Shown here: piece after piece, positions 52,901-64,000 of the stretch | How positions within the stretch are numbered: the first letter of the stretch is position 1 | How the letters are laid out: each line of letters starts with the position of its first letter | From: Eledone cirrhosa | Taxonomy: Eukaryota | Length of the DNA stretch: 64,000 bases | Direction: 5' to 3' | Assembly (NCBI GenBank): GCA_964016885.1 | Contig: OZ024753.1 | Coordinates: 20,274,001-20,338,000, forward strand | Notes under the pieces: model-generated | What the model saw: the letters and a program-made list of their open reading frames with translations, nothing else | Databases searched by the model: none | What the model was told of the DNA's origin: nothing | Position numbers and translations under genes: made by a program

Positions 52901-55900
52901 TATAGTGTCTGGGGAGTTGGGAAGGATATGTGTGTGTTGTGATACAGTATAGTGTCTGGGGAGTTGGGAAGGATCTGCGTGTGTTGTGATACAGTATAGT
53001 GTCTGGGGTGTTGGGAAGGATCTGTGTGTGTTGTGATACAGTGTAGTGTCTGGGGAGTTGGGAAGGATCTGTGTGTGTTGTGATACAGTGTGTTGTCTGG
53101 GGTGTTGGGTAGGATCTGTGTGTGTTGTGATAGAGTATAGTGTATGGGGAGTTGGGAAGGATCTGTGTGTGTTGTGATACAGTATAGTGTCTGGGGTGTT
53201 GGGAAGGATCTGTGTGTGTTGTGATACAGTGTAGTGTCTGGGGTGTTGGGAAGGATCTGTGTGTGTTGTGATACAGTTTAGTGTCTGGGGAGTTGGGAAG
53301 GATCTGTGTGTGTTGTGATACAGTATAGTGTATGGGGTGTTGGGAAGGATATGTGCGTGTTGTGATACAATATAGTGTCTGGGGAGTTGGGAAGGATCTG
53401 TGTGTGTTGTGATACAGTGTAGTGTCTGGGGAGTTGGGAAGGATCTGTGTGTGTTGTGATACAGTGTAGTGTCTGGGGAGTTGGGAAGGATCTGTGTGTG
53501 TTGTGATACAGTGTAGTGTCTGGGGAGTTGGGAATGATCTGTGTGTGTTGTGATACAGTATAGTGTCTGGGGTGTTGGGAAGGATCTGTGTGTGTTGTGA
53601 TACAGTGTAGTGTCTGGGGTGTTGGGAAGGATCTGTGTGTGTTGTGATACAGTATAGTGTCTGGGGAGTTGGGAAGGATCTGTGTGTGTTGTGATAAAGT
53701 ATAGTGTCTGGGGTGTTGGGAAGGATCTGTGTGTGTTGTGATACAGTGTAGTGTCTGGGGAGTTGGGAAGGATCTGTGTGTGTTGTGATACAGTGTAGTG
53801 TCTGGGGAGTTGGGAAGGATCTGTGTGTGTTGTGATACAGTATAGTGTCTGGGGTGTTGGGAAGGATCTGTGTGTGTTGTGATTCAGTGTAGTGTCTGGG
53901 GAGTTGGGAAGGATCTGTGTGTGTTGTGATACAGTGGAGTGTCTAGGGAGTTGGGAAGGATCTGTGTGTGTTGTGATACAGTGTAGTGTCTGGGGAGTTG
54001 GGAAGGATCTGTGTGTGTTGTGATACAGTATAGTGTCTGGGGTGTTGGGAAGGATCTGTGTGTGTTGTGATACAGTGTAGTGTCTGGGGTGTTGGGAAGG
54101 ATCTGTGTGTGTTGTGATACAGTATAGTGTCTGGGGAGTTGGGAAGGATCTGTGTGTGTTGTGATACAGTATAGTGTCTGGGGTGTTGGGAAGGATCTGT
54201 GTGTGTTGTGATACAGTGTAGTGTCTGGGGAGTTGGGAGGGATCTGTGTGTGTTGTGATACAGTATAGTGTCTGGGGTGTTGGGAAGGATCTGTGTGTGT
54301 TGTGATACAGTGTAGTGTCTGGGGTGTTGGGAAGGATCTGTGTGTGTTGTGATACAGTGTATTGTCTGGGGTGTTGGGAAGGATCTGTGTGTGTTGTGAT
54401 ACAGTATAGTGTCTGGGTAGTTGGGAAGGATCTGTGTGTGTTGTGATACAGTATAGTGTCTTGGGTGTTGGGAACGATCTGTGTATGTTGTGATACAGTG
54501 TAGTGTCTGGGGAGTTGGGAAGGATCTGTGTGTGTTGTGATACAGTGTAGTGTCTGGGGAGTTGGGAAGGATCTGTGTGTGGTGTGATACAGTGTAGTGT
54601 CTGGAGAGTTGCGAAGGATCTGTGTGTGTTGTGATACAGTGTAGTGTCTGGGGAGTTGGGAAGGATCTGTGTGTGTTGTGATACAGTATAGTGTCTGGGG
54701 AGTTGGGAAGGATATGTGTGTGTTGTGATACAGTATAGTGTCTGGGGAGTTGGGAAGGATCTGCGTGTGTTGTGATACAGTATAGTGTCTGGGGTGTTGG
54801 GAAGGATCTGTGTGTGTTGTGATACAGTGTAGTGTCTGGGGAGTTGGGAAGGATCTGTGTGTGTTGTGATACAGTGTGTTGTCTGGGGTGTTGGGTAGGA
54901 TCTGTGTGTGTTGTGATAGAGTATAGTGTATGGGGAGTTGGGAAGGATCTGTGTGTGTTGTGATACAGTATAGTGTCTGGGGTGTTGGGAAGGATCTGTG
55001 TGTGTTGTGATACAGTGTAGTGTCTGGGGTGTTGGGAAGGATCTGTGTGTGTTGTGATACAGTTTAGTGTCTGGGGAGTTGGGAAGGATCTGTGTGTGTT
55101 GTGATACAGTATAGTGTATGGGGTGTTGGGAAGGATATGTGCGTGTTGTGATACAATATAGTGTCTGGGGAGTTGGGAAGGATCTGTGTGTGTTGTGATA
55201 CAGTGTAGTGTCTGGGGAGTTGGGAAGGATCTGTGTGTGTGTTGTGATACAGTGTAGTGTCTGGGGAGTTGGGAAGGATCTGTGTGTGTTGTGATACAGT
55301 GTAGTGTCTGGGGAGTTGGGAATGATCTGTGTGTGTTGTGATACAGTATAGTGTCTGGGGTGTTGGGAAGGATCTGTGTGTGTTGTGATACAGTGTAGTG
55401 TCTGGGGTGTTGGGAAGGATCTGTGTGTGTTGTGATACAGTATAGTGTCTGGGGAGTTGGGAAGGATCTGTGTGTGTTGTGATAAAGTATAGTGTCTGGG
55501 GTGTTGGGAAGGATCTGTGTGTGTTGTGATACAGTGTAGTGTCTGGGGAGTTGGGAAGGATCTGTGTGTGTTGTGATACAGTGTAGTGTCTGGGGAGTTG
55601 GGAAGGATCTGTGTGTGTTGTGATACAGTATAGTGTCTGGGGAGTTGGGAAGGATATGTGTGTGTTGTGATACAGTATAGTATCTGTGGAGTTGGGAAGG
55701 ATCTGTGTATGTTGTGATACAATGTAGTGTCTGGAGAGTTGGGAAGGATCTGTGTGTGTTGTGATACAGTGTGGTGTCTGGGGTGTTGGGAAGGATATGT
55801 GTGTGTTGTGATACAGTATAGTGTCTGGGGAGTTGGGAAGGATCTGTGTGTGTTGGGATACAGTATAGTGTCTGGGGTGTTGGGAAGAATCTGTGTGTGT

Positions 55901-58900
55901 TGTGATACAGTGTAGTGTCTGGGGAGTTGGGAAGGATCTGTGTGTGTGTTGTGATACAGTGTAGTGTCTGGGGTGTTGGGAAGGATCTGTGTGTGTTGTG
56001 ATACAGTATAGTGTCTGGGGAGTTGGGAAGAATCTGTGTGTGTTGTGATACAGTGTAGTGTCTAGGGAGTTGGGAAGGATCTGTGTGTGTGTTGTGATAC
56101 AGTGTAGTGTCTGGGGTGTTGGGAAGGATCTGTGTGTGTTGTGATACAGTATAGTGTCTGGGGAGTTGGGAAGGATCTGTGTGTGTTGTGATACAGTGTA
56201 GTGTCTGGGGAGTTGGGAAGGATCTGTGTGTGTTGTGATACAGTATAGTGTCTGGGGAGTTGGGAAGGAACTGTGTGTGTTGGGATACAGTATAGTGTCT
56301 GGGGTGTTGGGAAGAATCTGTGTGTGTTGTGATACAGTGTAGTGTCTGGGGAGTTGGGAAGGATCTGTGTGTGTGTTGTGATACAGTGTAGTGTCTGGGG
56401 TGTTGGGAAGGATCTGTGTGTGTTGTGATACAGTATAGTGTCTGGGGAGTTGGGAAGGATCTGTGTGTGTTGTGATACAGTGTAGTGTCTGGGGAGTTGG
56501 GAAGGATCTGTGTGTGTTGTGATACAGTATAGTGTCTGGGGTGTTGGGAAGGATCTGTGTGTGTTGTGATACAGTGTAGTGTCTGGGGTGTTGGGAAGGA
56601 TCTGTGTGTGTTGTGATACAGTGTAGTGTCTGGGGTGTTGGGAAGGATCTGTGTGTGTTGTGATACAGTATAGTGTCTGGGGAGTTGGGAAGGATCTGTG
56701 TGTGTTGTGATACAGTATAGTGTCTTGGGTGTTGGGAAGGATCTGTGTATGTTGTGATACAGTGTAGTGTCTGGGGAGTTGGGAAGGATCTGTGTGTGTT
56801 GTGATACAGTGTAGTGTCTGGGGAGTTGGGAAGGATCTGTGTGTGGTGTGATACAGTGTAGTGTCTGGAGAGTTGCGAAGGATCTGTGTGTGTTGTGATA
56901 CAGTGTAGTGTCTGGGGAGTTGGGAAGGATCTGTGTGTGTTGTGATACAGTATAGTGTCTGGGGAGTTGGGAAGGATATGTGTGTGTTGTGATACAGTAT
57001 AATGTCTGGGGAGTTGGGAAGGATCTGTGTGTGTTGTGATACAGTATAGTGTCTGGGGTGTGGGGAAGGATATGTGTGTGTTGTGATACAGTTTAGTGTC
57101 TGGGGAGTTGGGAAGGATCTGTGTGTGTTGTGATACAGTGTGTTGTCTGGGGTGTTGGGAAGGATCTGTGTGTGTTGTGATACAGTATAGTGTCTGGGGA
57201 GTTGGGAAGGATCTGTGTGTGTTGTGATACAGTATAGTGTCTGGGGTGTTGGGAAGGATCTGTGTGTGTTCTGATACAGTGTAGTGTCTGGGGTGTTGGG
57301 AAGGATTTGTGTGTGTTGTGATACAGTGTAGTGTCTGGGGTGTTGGGAAGGATCTGTGTGTGTTGTGATACAGTATAGTGTCTGGGGAGTTGGGAAGGAT
57401 CTGTGTGTGTTGTGATACAGTATAGTGTCTGGGGTGTTGGGAAGGATATGTGTGTGTTGTGATACAGTGTAGTGTCTGGGGAGTTGGGAAGGATCTGTGT
57501 GTGTTGTGATACAGTGTAGTGTCTGGGGAGTTGGGAAGGATCTGTGTGTGTTGTGATACAGTGTATTGTCTGGGGAGTTGGGAAGGATCTGTGTGTGTTG
57601 TGATACAGTATAGTGTCTGGGGAGTTGGGAAGGATATGTGTGTGTTGTGATACAGTATAGTATCTGGGGAGTTGGGAGGGATCTGTGTGTGTTGTGATAC
57701 CATGTAGTGTCTGGAGAGTTGGGAAGGATCTGTGTGTGTTGTGATACAGTGTAGTGTCTGGGGAGTTGGGAAGGATCTGTGTGTGTTGTGATACAGTATA
57801 GTGTCTGGGGAGTTGGGAAGGATATGTGTGTGTTGTGATACAGTATAATGTCTGGGGAGTTGGGAAGGATCTGTGTGTGTTGTGATACAGTATAGTGTCT
57901 TGGGTGTTGGGAAGGATCTGTGTGTGTTGTGATACAGTGTAGTGTCTGGGGAGTTGGGAAGGATCTGTGTGTGTTGTGATACAGTGTAGTGTCTGGGGAG
58001 TTGGGAAGGATCTGTGTGTGTTGTAATACAGTGTAGTGTCTGGGGAGTTGGGAAGGATCTGTGTGTGTTGTGATACAGTATAGTATCTGGGGAGTTGGGA
58101 AGGATCTGTGTGTGTTGTGATTCAGTATAGTGTCTGGGTTGTTGGGAAGGATCTGTGTGTGTTGTGATACAGTATAGTGTCTGGGGAGTTGGGAAGGATC
58201 TGTGTGTGTTGTGATACAGTGTAGTGTCTGGGGAGTTGGGAAGGATCTGTGTGTGTTGTGATACAGTATAGTGTCTGGGGTGTTGGGAAGGATATGTGTG
58301 TGTTGTGATACAGTGTAGTGTCTGGGGTGTTGGGAAGGATCTGTGTGTGTTGTGATACAGTGTAGTGTCTGGGGTGTTGGGAAGGATCTGTGTGTGTTGT
58401 GATACAGTATCGTGTCTGGGGAGTTGGGAAGGATCTGTGTGTGTTGTGATACAGTGTAGTGTCTGGGGAGTTGGGAAGGATCTGTGTGTGTTGTGATACA
58501 GTATAGTGTCTGGGGTGTTGGGAAGGATCTGTGTGTGTTGTGATACAGTGTAGTGTCTGGGGTGTTGGGAAGGATATGTGTGTGTTGTGATACAGTATAG
58601 TGTCTGGGGAGTTGGGGAGGATCTGTGTGTGTTGTGATACAGTATAGTGTCTGGGGTGTTAGGAAGGATCTGTGTGTGTTGTGATACAGTGTAGTGTCTG
58701 GGGAGTTGGGAAGGATCTGTGTGTGTTGTGATACAGTGGAGTGTCTAGGGAGTTGGGAAGGATCTGTGTGTGTTGTGATACAGTGTAGTGTCTGGGGAGT
58801 TCGGAAGGATCTGTGTGTGTTGTGATACAGTATAGTGTCTGGGGTGTTGGGAAGGATCTGTGTGTGTTGTGATACAGTGTAGTGTCTGGGGTGTTGGGAA

Positions 58901-61900
58901 GAGTCAGTGAGTTGTGATACAGTATAGTGTCTGGGGAGTTGGAAAGGGTCTGTGTGTGTTGTGATACAGTGTAATGTCTGGGGAGTTGGGAAGAGTCAGT
59001 GAGTTGTGATACAGTATAGTTTCTGGGGAGTTGGGAAGGGTCTGTGTGTTGTGATACAGTGTATTGTCTGGGGAGTTGGGAAGAGTCAGTGAGTTGTGAT
59101 ACATTATAGTGTCTGTGGAGTTGGTAAGGATCTGTGTGTTGTGATACAGTATAGTGTCTGGGGAGTTGGGAAGGATCAGTGAGTTGTGAAACATTATAGT
59201 GTCTGGGGAGTTGGGAAGGATCTGTGTGTTGTGATACAGTGTATTGTCTGGGGAATTGGGAAGGGTCACTGAGTTGTGATACAGTATAGTGTCTGTGGAG
59301 TTGGGAAGGAACTGTGTTTGTTGTGATACAGTATAGTATCTGGGGAGTTGGGAAGGATCTGTGTGTGTTGTGATACAGTGTAGTGTCTGGGGAGTTGGGA
59401 AGGATCTGTGTTTGTTGTGATACAGTATAGTATCTGGGGAGTTGGGAAGGATCTGTGTGTGTTGTGATACAGTGTAGTGTCTGGAGAGTTGGAAGGATCT
59501 GTGTGTGTTGTGAAACAGTGTAGTGTCTATGGAGTTGGGAAGGATCTGTGTGTGTTGTGATACAGTATAGTGTCTGGGGAGTTGGGAAGGATATGTGTGT
59601 GTTGTGATACAATATAGTGTCTGGGGAGTTGGGAAGGATCTGTGTGTGTTGTAATACAGTATAGTGTCTGGGGTGTTGGGAAGGATCTGTGTGTGTTGTG
59701 ATTCAGTATAGTGTCTGGGTTGTTGGGAAGGATCTGTGTGTGTTGTGATACAGTATAGTGTCTGGGGAGTTGGGAAGGATCTGTGTGTGTTGTGATACAG
59801 TGTAGTGTCTGGGGAGTTGGGAAGGATCTGTGTGTGTTGTGATACAGTATAGTGTCTGGGGTGTTGGGAAGGATATGTGTGTGTTGTGATACAGTGTAGA
59901 GGTCTGGGGTGTTGGGAAGGATCTGTGTGTGTTGTGATACAGTGTAGTGTCTAGGGTGTTGGGAAGGATCTGTGTGTGTTGTGATACAGTATCGTGTCTG
60001 GGGAGTTGGGAAGGATCTGTGTGTGTTGTGATACAGTGTAGTGTCTGGGGAGTTGGGAAGGATCTGTGTGTGTTGTGATACAGTATAGTGTCTGGGGTGT
60101 TGGGAAGGATCTGTGTGTGTTGTGATACAGTGTAGTGTCTGGGGTGTTGGGAAGGATCTGTGTGTGTTGTGATACAGTATAGTGTCTGGGGAGTTGGGAG
60201 GATCTGTGTGTGTTGTGATACAGTATAGTGTCTGGGGTGTTGGGAAGGATCTGTGTGTGTTGTGATACAGTGTAGTGTCTGGGGAGTTGGGAAGGATCTG
60301 TGTGTGTTGTGATACAGTGTAGTGTCTGGGGTGTTGGGAAGGATCTGTGTGTGTTGTGATACAGTTTAGTGTCTGGGGAGTTGGGAAGGATCTGTGTGTG
60401 TTGTGATACAGTATAGTGTATGGGGTGTTGGGAAGGATATGTGCGTGTTGTGATACAATATAGTGTCTGGGGAGTTGGGAAGGATCTGTGTGTGTTGTGA
60501 TACAGTGTAGTGTCTGGGGAGTTGGGAAGGATCTGTGTGTGTTGTGATACAGTGTAGTGTCTGGGGAGTTGGGAAGGATCTGTGTGTGTTGTGATACAGT
60601 GTAGTGTCTGGGGAGTTGGGAATGATCTGTGTGTGTTGTGATACAGTATAGTGTCTGGGGTGTTGGGAAGGATCTGTGTGTGTTGTGATACAGTGTAGTG
60701 TCTGGGGTGTTGGGAAGGATCTGTGTGTGTTGTGATACAGTATAGTGTCTGGGGAGTTGGGAAGGATCTGTGTGTGTTGTGATAAAGTATAGTGTCTGGG
60801 GTGTTGGGAAGGATCTGTGTGTGTTGTGATACAGTGTAGTGTCTGGGGAGTTGGGAAGGATCTGTGTGTGTTGTGATACAGTGTAGTGTCTGGGGAGTTG
60901 GGAAGGATCTGTGTGTGTTGTGATACAGTATAGTGTCTGGGGAGTTGGGAAGGATATGTGTGTGTTGTGATACAGTATAGTATCTGTGGAGTTGGGAAGG
61001 ATCTGTGTATGTTGTGATACAATGTAGTGTCTGGAGAGTTGGGAAGGATCTGTGTGTGTTGTGATACAGTGTGGTGTCTGGGGTGTTGGGAAGGATATGT
61101 GTGTGTTGTGATACAGTATAGTGTCTGGGGAGTTGGGAAGGATCTGTGTGTGTTGGGATACAGTATAGTGTCTGGGGTGTTGGGAAGAATCTGTGTGTGT
61201 TGTGATACAGTGTAGTGTCTGGGGAGTTGGGAAGGATCTGTGTGTGTGTTGTGATACAGTGTAGTGTCTGGGGTGTTGGGAAGGATCTGTGTGTGTTGTG
61301 ATACAGTATAGTGTCTGGGGAGTTGGGAAGAATCTGTGTGTGTTGTGATACAGTGTAGTGTCTGGGGAGTTGGGAAGGATCTGTGTGTGTGTTGTGATAC
61401 AGTGTAGTGTCTGGGGTGTTGGGAAGGATCTGTGTGTGTTGTGATACAGTATAGTGTCTGGGGAGTTGGGAAGGATCTGTGTGTGTTGTGATACAGTGTA
61501 GTGTCTGGGGAGTTGGGAAGGATCTGTGTGTGTTGTGATACAGTATAGTGTCTGGGGAGTTGGGAAGGATCTGTGTGTGTTGGGATACAGTATAGTGTCT
61601 GGGGTGTTGGGAAGAATCTGTGTGTGTTGTGATACAGTGTAGTGTCTGGGGAGTTGGGAAGGATCTGTGTGTGTGTTGTGATACAGTGTAGTGTCTGGGG
61701 TGTTGGGAAGGATCTGTGTGTGTTGTGATACAGTATAGTGTCTGGGGAGTTGGGAAGGATCTGTGTGTGTTGTGATACAGTGTAGTGTCTGGGGAGTTGG
61801 GAAGGATCTGTGTGTGTTGTGATACAGTATAGTGTCTGGGGTGTTGGGAAGGATCTGTGTGTGTTGTGATACAGTGTAGTGTCTGGGGTGTTGGGAAGGA

Positions 61901-64000
61901 TCTGTGTGTGTTGTGATACAGTGTAGTGTCTGGGGTGTTGGGAAGGATCTGTGTGTGTTGTGATACAGTATAGTGTCTGGGGAGTTGGGAAGGATCTGTG
62001 TGTGTTGTGATACAGTATAGTGTCTTGGGTGTTGGGAAGGATCTGTGTATGTTGTGATACAGTGTAGTGTCTGGGGAGTTGGGAAGGATCTGTGTGTGTT
62101 GTGATACAGTGTAGTGTCTGGGGAGTTGGGAAGGATCTGTGTGTGGTGTGATACAGTGTAGTGTCTGGAGAGTTGCGAAGGATCTGTGTGTGTTGTGATA
62201 CAGTGTAGTGTCTGGGGAGTTGGGAAGGATCTGTGTGTGTTGTGATACAGTATAGTGTCTGGGGAGTTGGGAAGGATATGTGTGTGTTGTGATACAGTAT
62301 AGTGTCTGGGGAGTTGGGAAGGATCTGTGTGTGTTGTGATACAGTATAGTGTCTGGGGTGTGGGGAAGGATATGTGTGTGTTGTGATACAGTTTAGTGTC
62401 TGGGGAGTTGGGAAGGATCTGTGTGTGTTGTGATACAGTGTGTTGTCTGGGGTGTTGGGAAGGATCTGTGTGTGTTGTGATACAGTATAGTGTCTGGGGA
62501 GTTGGGAAGGATCTGTGTGTGTTGTGATACAGTATAGTGTCTGGGGTGTTGGGAAGGATATGTGTGTGTTGTGATACAGTGTAGTGTCTGGGGAGTTGGG
62601 AAGGATCTGTGTGTGTTGTGATACAGTGTAGTGTCTGGGGAGTTGGGAAGGATCTGTGTGTGTTGTGATACAGTGTATTGTCTGGGGAGTTGGGAAGGAT
62701 CTGTGTGTGTTGTGATACAGTATAGTGTCTGGGGAGTTGGGAAGGATATGTGTGTGTTGTGATACAGTATAGTATCTGGGGAGTTGGGAGGGATCTGTGT
62801 GTGTTGTGATACCATGTAGTGTCTGGAGAGTTGGGAAGGATCTGTGTGTGTTGTGATACAGTGTAGTGTCTGGGGAGTTGGGAAGGATCTGTGTGTGTTG
62901 TGATACAGTATAGTGTCTGGGGAGTTGGGAAGGATATGTGTGTGTTGTGATACAGTATAATGTCTGGGGAGTTGGGAAGGATCTGTGTGTGTTGTGATAC
63001 AGTATAGTGTCTTGGGTGTTGGGAAGGATCTGTGTGTGTTGTGATACAGTGTAGTGTCTGGGGAGTTGGGAAGGATCTGTGTGTGTTGTGATACAGTGTA
63101 GTGTCTGGGGAGTTGGGAAGGATCTGTGTGTGTTGTAATACAGTGTAGTGTCTGGGGAGTTGGGAAGGATCTGTGTGTGTTGTGATACAGTATAGTATCT
63201 GGGGAGTTGGGAAGGATCTGTGTGTGTTGTGATTTCAGTATAGTGTCTGGGTTGTTGGGAAGGATCTGTGTGTGTTGTGATACAGTATAGTGTCTGGGGA
63301 GTTGGGAAGGATCTGTGTGTGTTGTGATACAGTGTAGTGTCTGGGGCGTTGGGAAGGATCTGTGTGTGTTGTGATACAGTATAGTGTCTGGGGTGTTGGG
63401 AAGGATCTGTGTGTGTTGTGATACAGTGTAGTGTCTGAGGTGTTGGGAAGGATCTGTGTGTGTTGTGATACAGTGTAGTGTCTGGGGTGTTGGGAAGGAT
63501 CTGTGTGTGTTGTGATACAGTATCGTGTCTGGGGAGTTGGGAAGGATCTGTGTGTGTTGTGATACAGTGTAGTGTCTGGGGAGTTGGGAAGGATCTGTGT
63601 GTGTTGTGATACAGTATAGTGTCTGGGGTGTTGGGAAGGATCTGTGTGTGTTGTGATACAGTGTAGTGTCTGGGGTGTTGGGAAGGATCTGTGTGTGTTG
63701 TGATACAGTATAGTGTCTGGGGAGTTGGGGAGGATCTGTGTGTGTTGTGATACAGTATAGTGTCTGGGGTGTTGGGAAGGATCTGTGTGTGTTGTGATAC
63801 AGTGTAGTGTCTGGGGAGTTGGGAAGGATCTGTGTGTGTTGTGATACAGTGGAGTGTCTAGGGAGTTGGGAAGGATCTGTGTGTGTTGTGATACAGTGTA
63901 GTGTCTGGGGAGTTGGGAAGGATCTGTGTGTGTTGTGATACAGTATAATGTCTGGGGTGTTGGGAAGGATCTGTGTGTGTTGTGATACAGTGTAGTGTCT
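25974..64000. repeat. 47-bp satellite array, at least 38 kb (about 810 units), running off the window end
   Basis: The consensus is GATCTGTGTGTGTTGTGATACAGT(G/A)TAGTGTCTGGGG(A/T)GTTGGGAAG, with 45- and 49-bp variants. The 47-aa period of the minus-strand ORFs equals 3 units. Confidence 0.99.

Noticed and set aside
25989-62815. Long minus-strand ORFs (up to 909 aa) as mucin-like genes
   Set aside because: They are translations of the 47-bp satellite, open in overlapping frames, with starts and stops created by sporadic variants.
25974-64000. CRISPR array
   Set aside because: The units are head-to-tail with no unique spacers, there are no cas genes, and the context is eukaryotic.

Overview
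This is AT-rich animal DNA, most likely from an octopod cephalopod, judging by the tRNA-derived SINE family and dense (TA)n/(CA)n tracts; the taxon is an inference. I found no intact host gene. Positions 1-25,970 are a nest of mobile elements, mostly inserted into (TA)n tracts. They include three decayed Penelope-like retroelement (PLE, Naiad-like) RT/GIY-YIG fragments in inverted arrangements and seven hammerhead-ribozyme (HHR) motifs from five sequence families, one family having a U3-A8 compensatory core. There are four snap-back hairpins at 5'-truncation points, Helitron/Helentron-type non-autonomous elements, an ORF with a 2A (StopGo)-like motif, an inverted-repeat unit carrying a PHD-type LINE ORF1 fragment, and SINEs. 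From about 25,974 to the end is one 47-bp satellite (about 810 units) with kb-scale higher-order duplications; its long minus-strand ORFs are compositional artefacts. The most coherent system is the PLE/hammerhead set: HHR near the 3' end, a hairpin or inverted copy at the 5' end, and (TA)n targets. Folds and alignments were done by eye and need computational confirmation.
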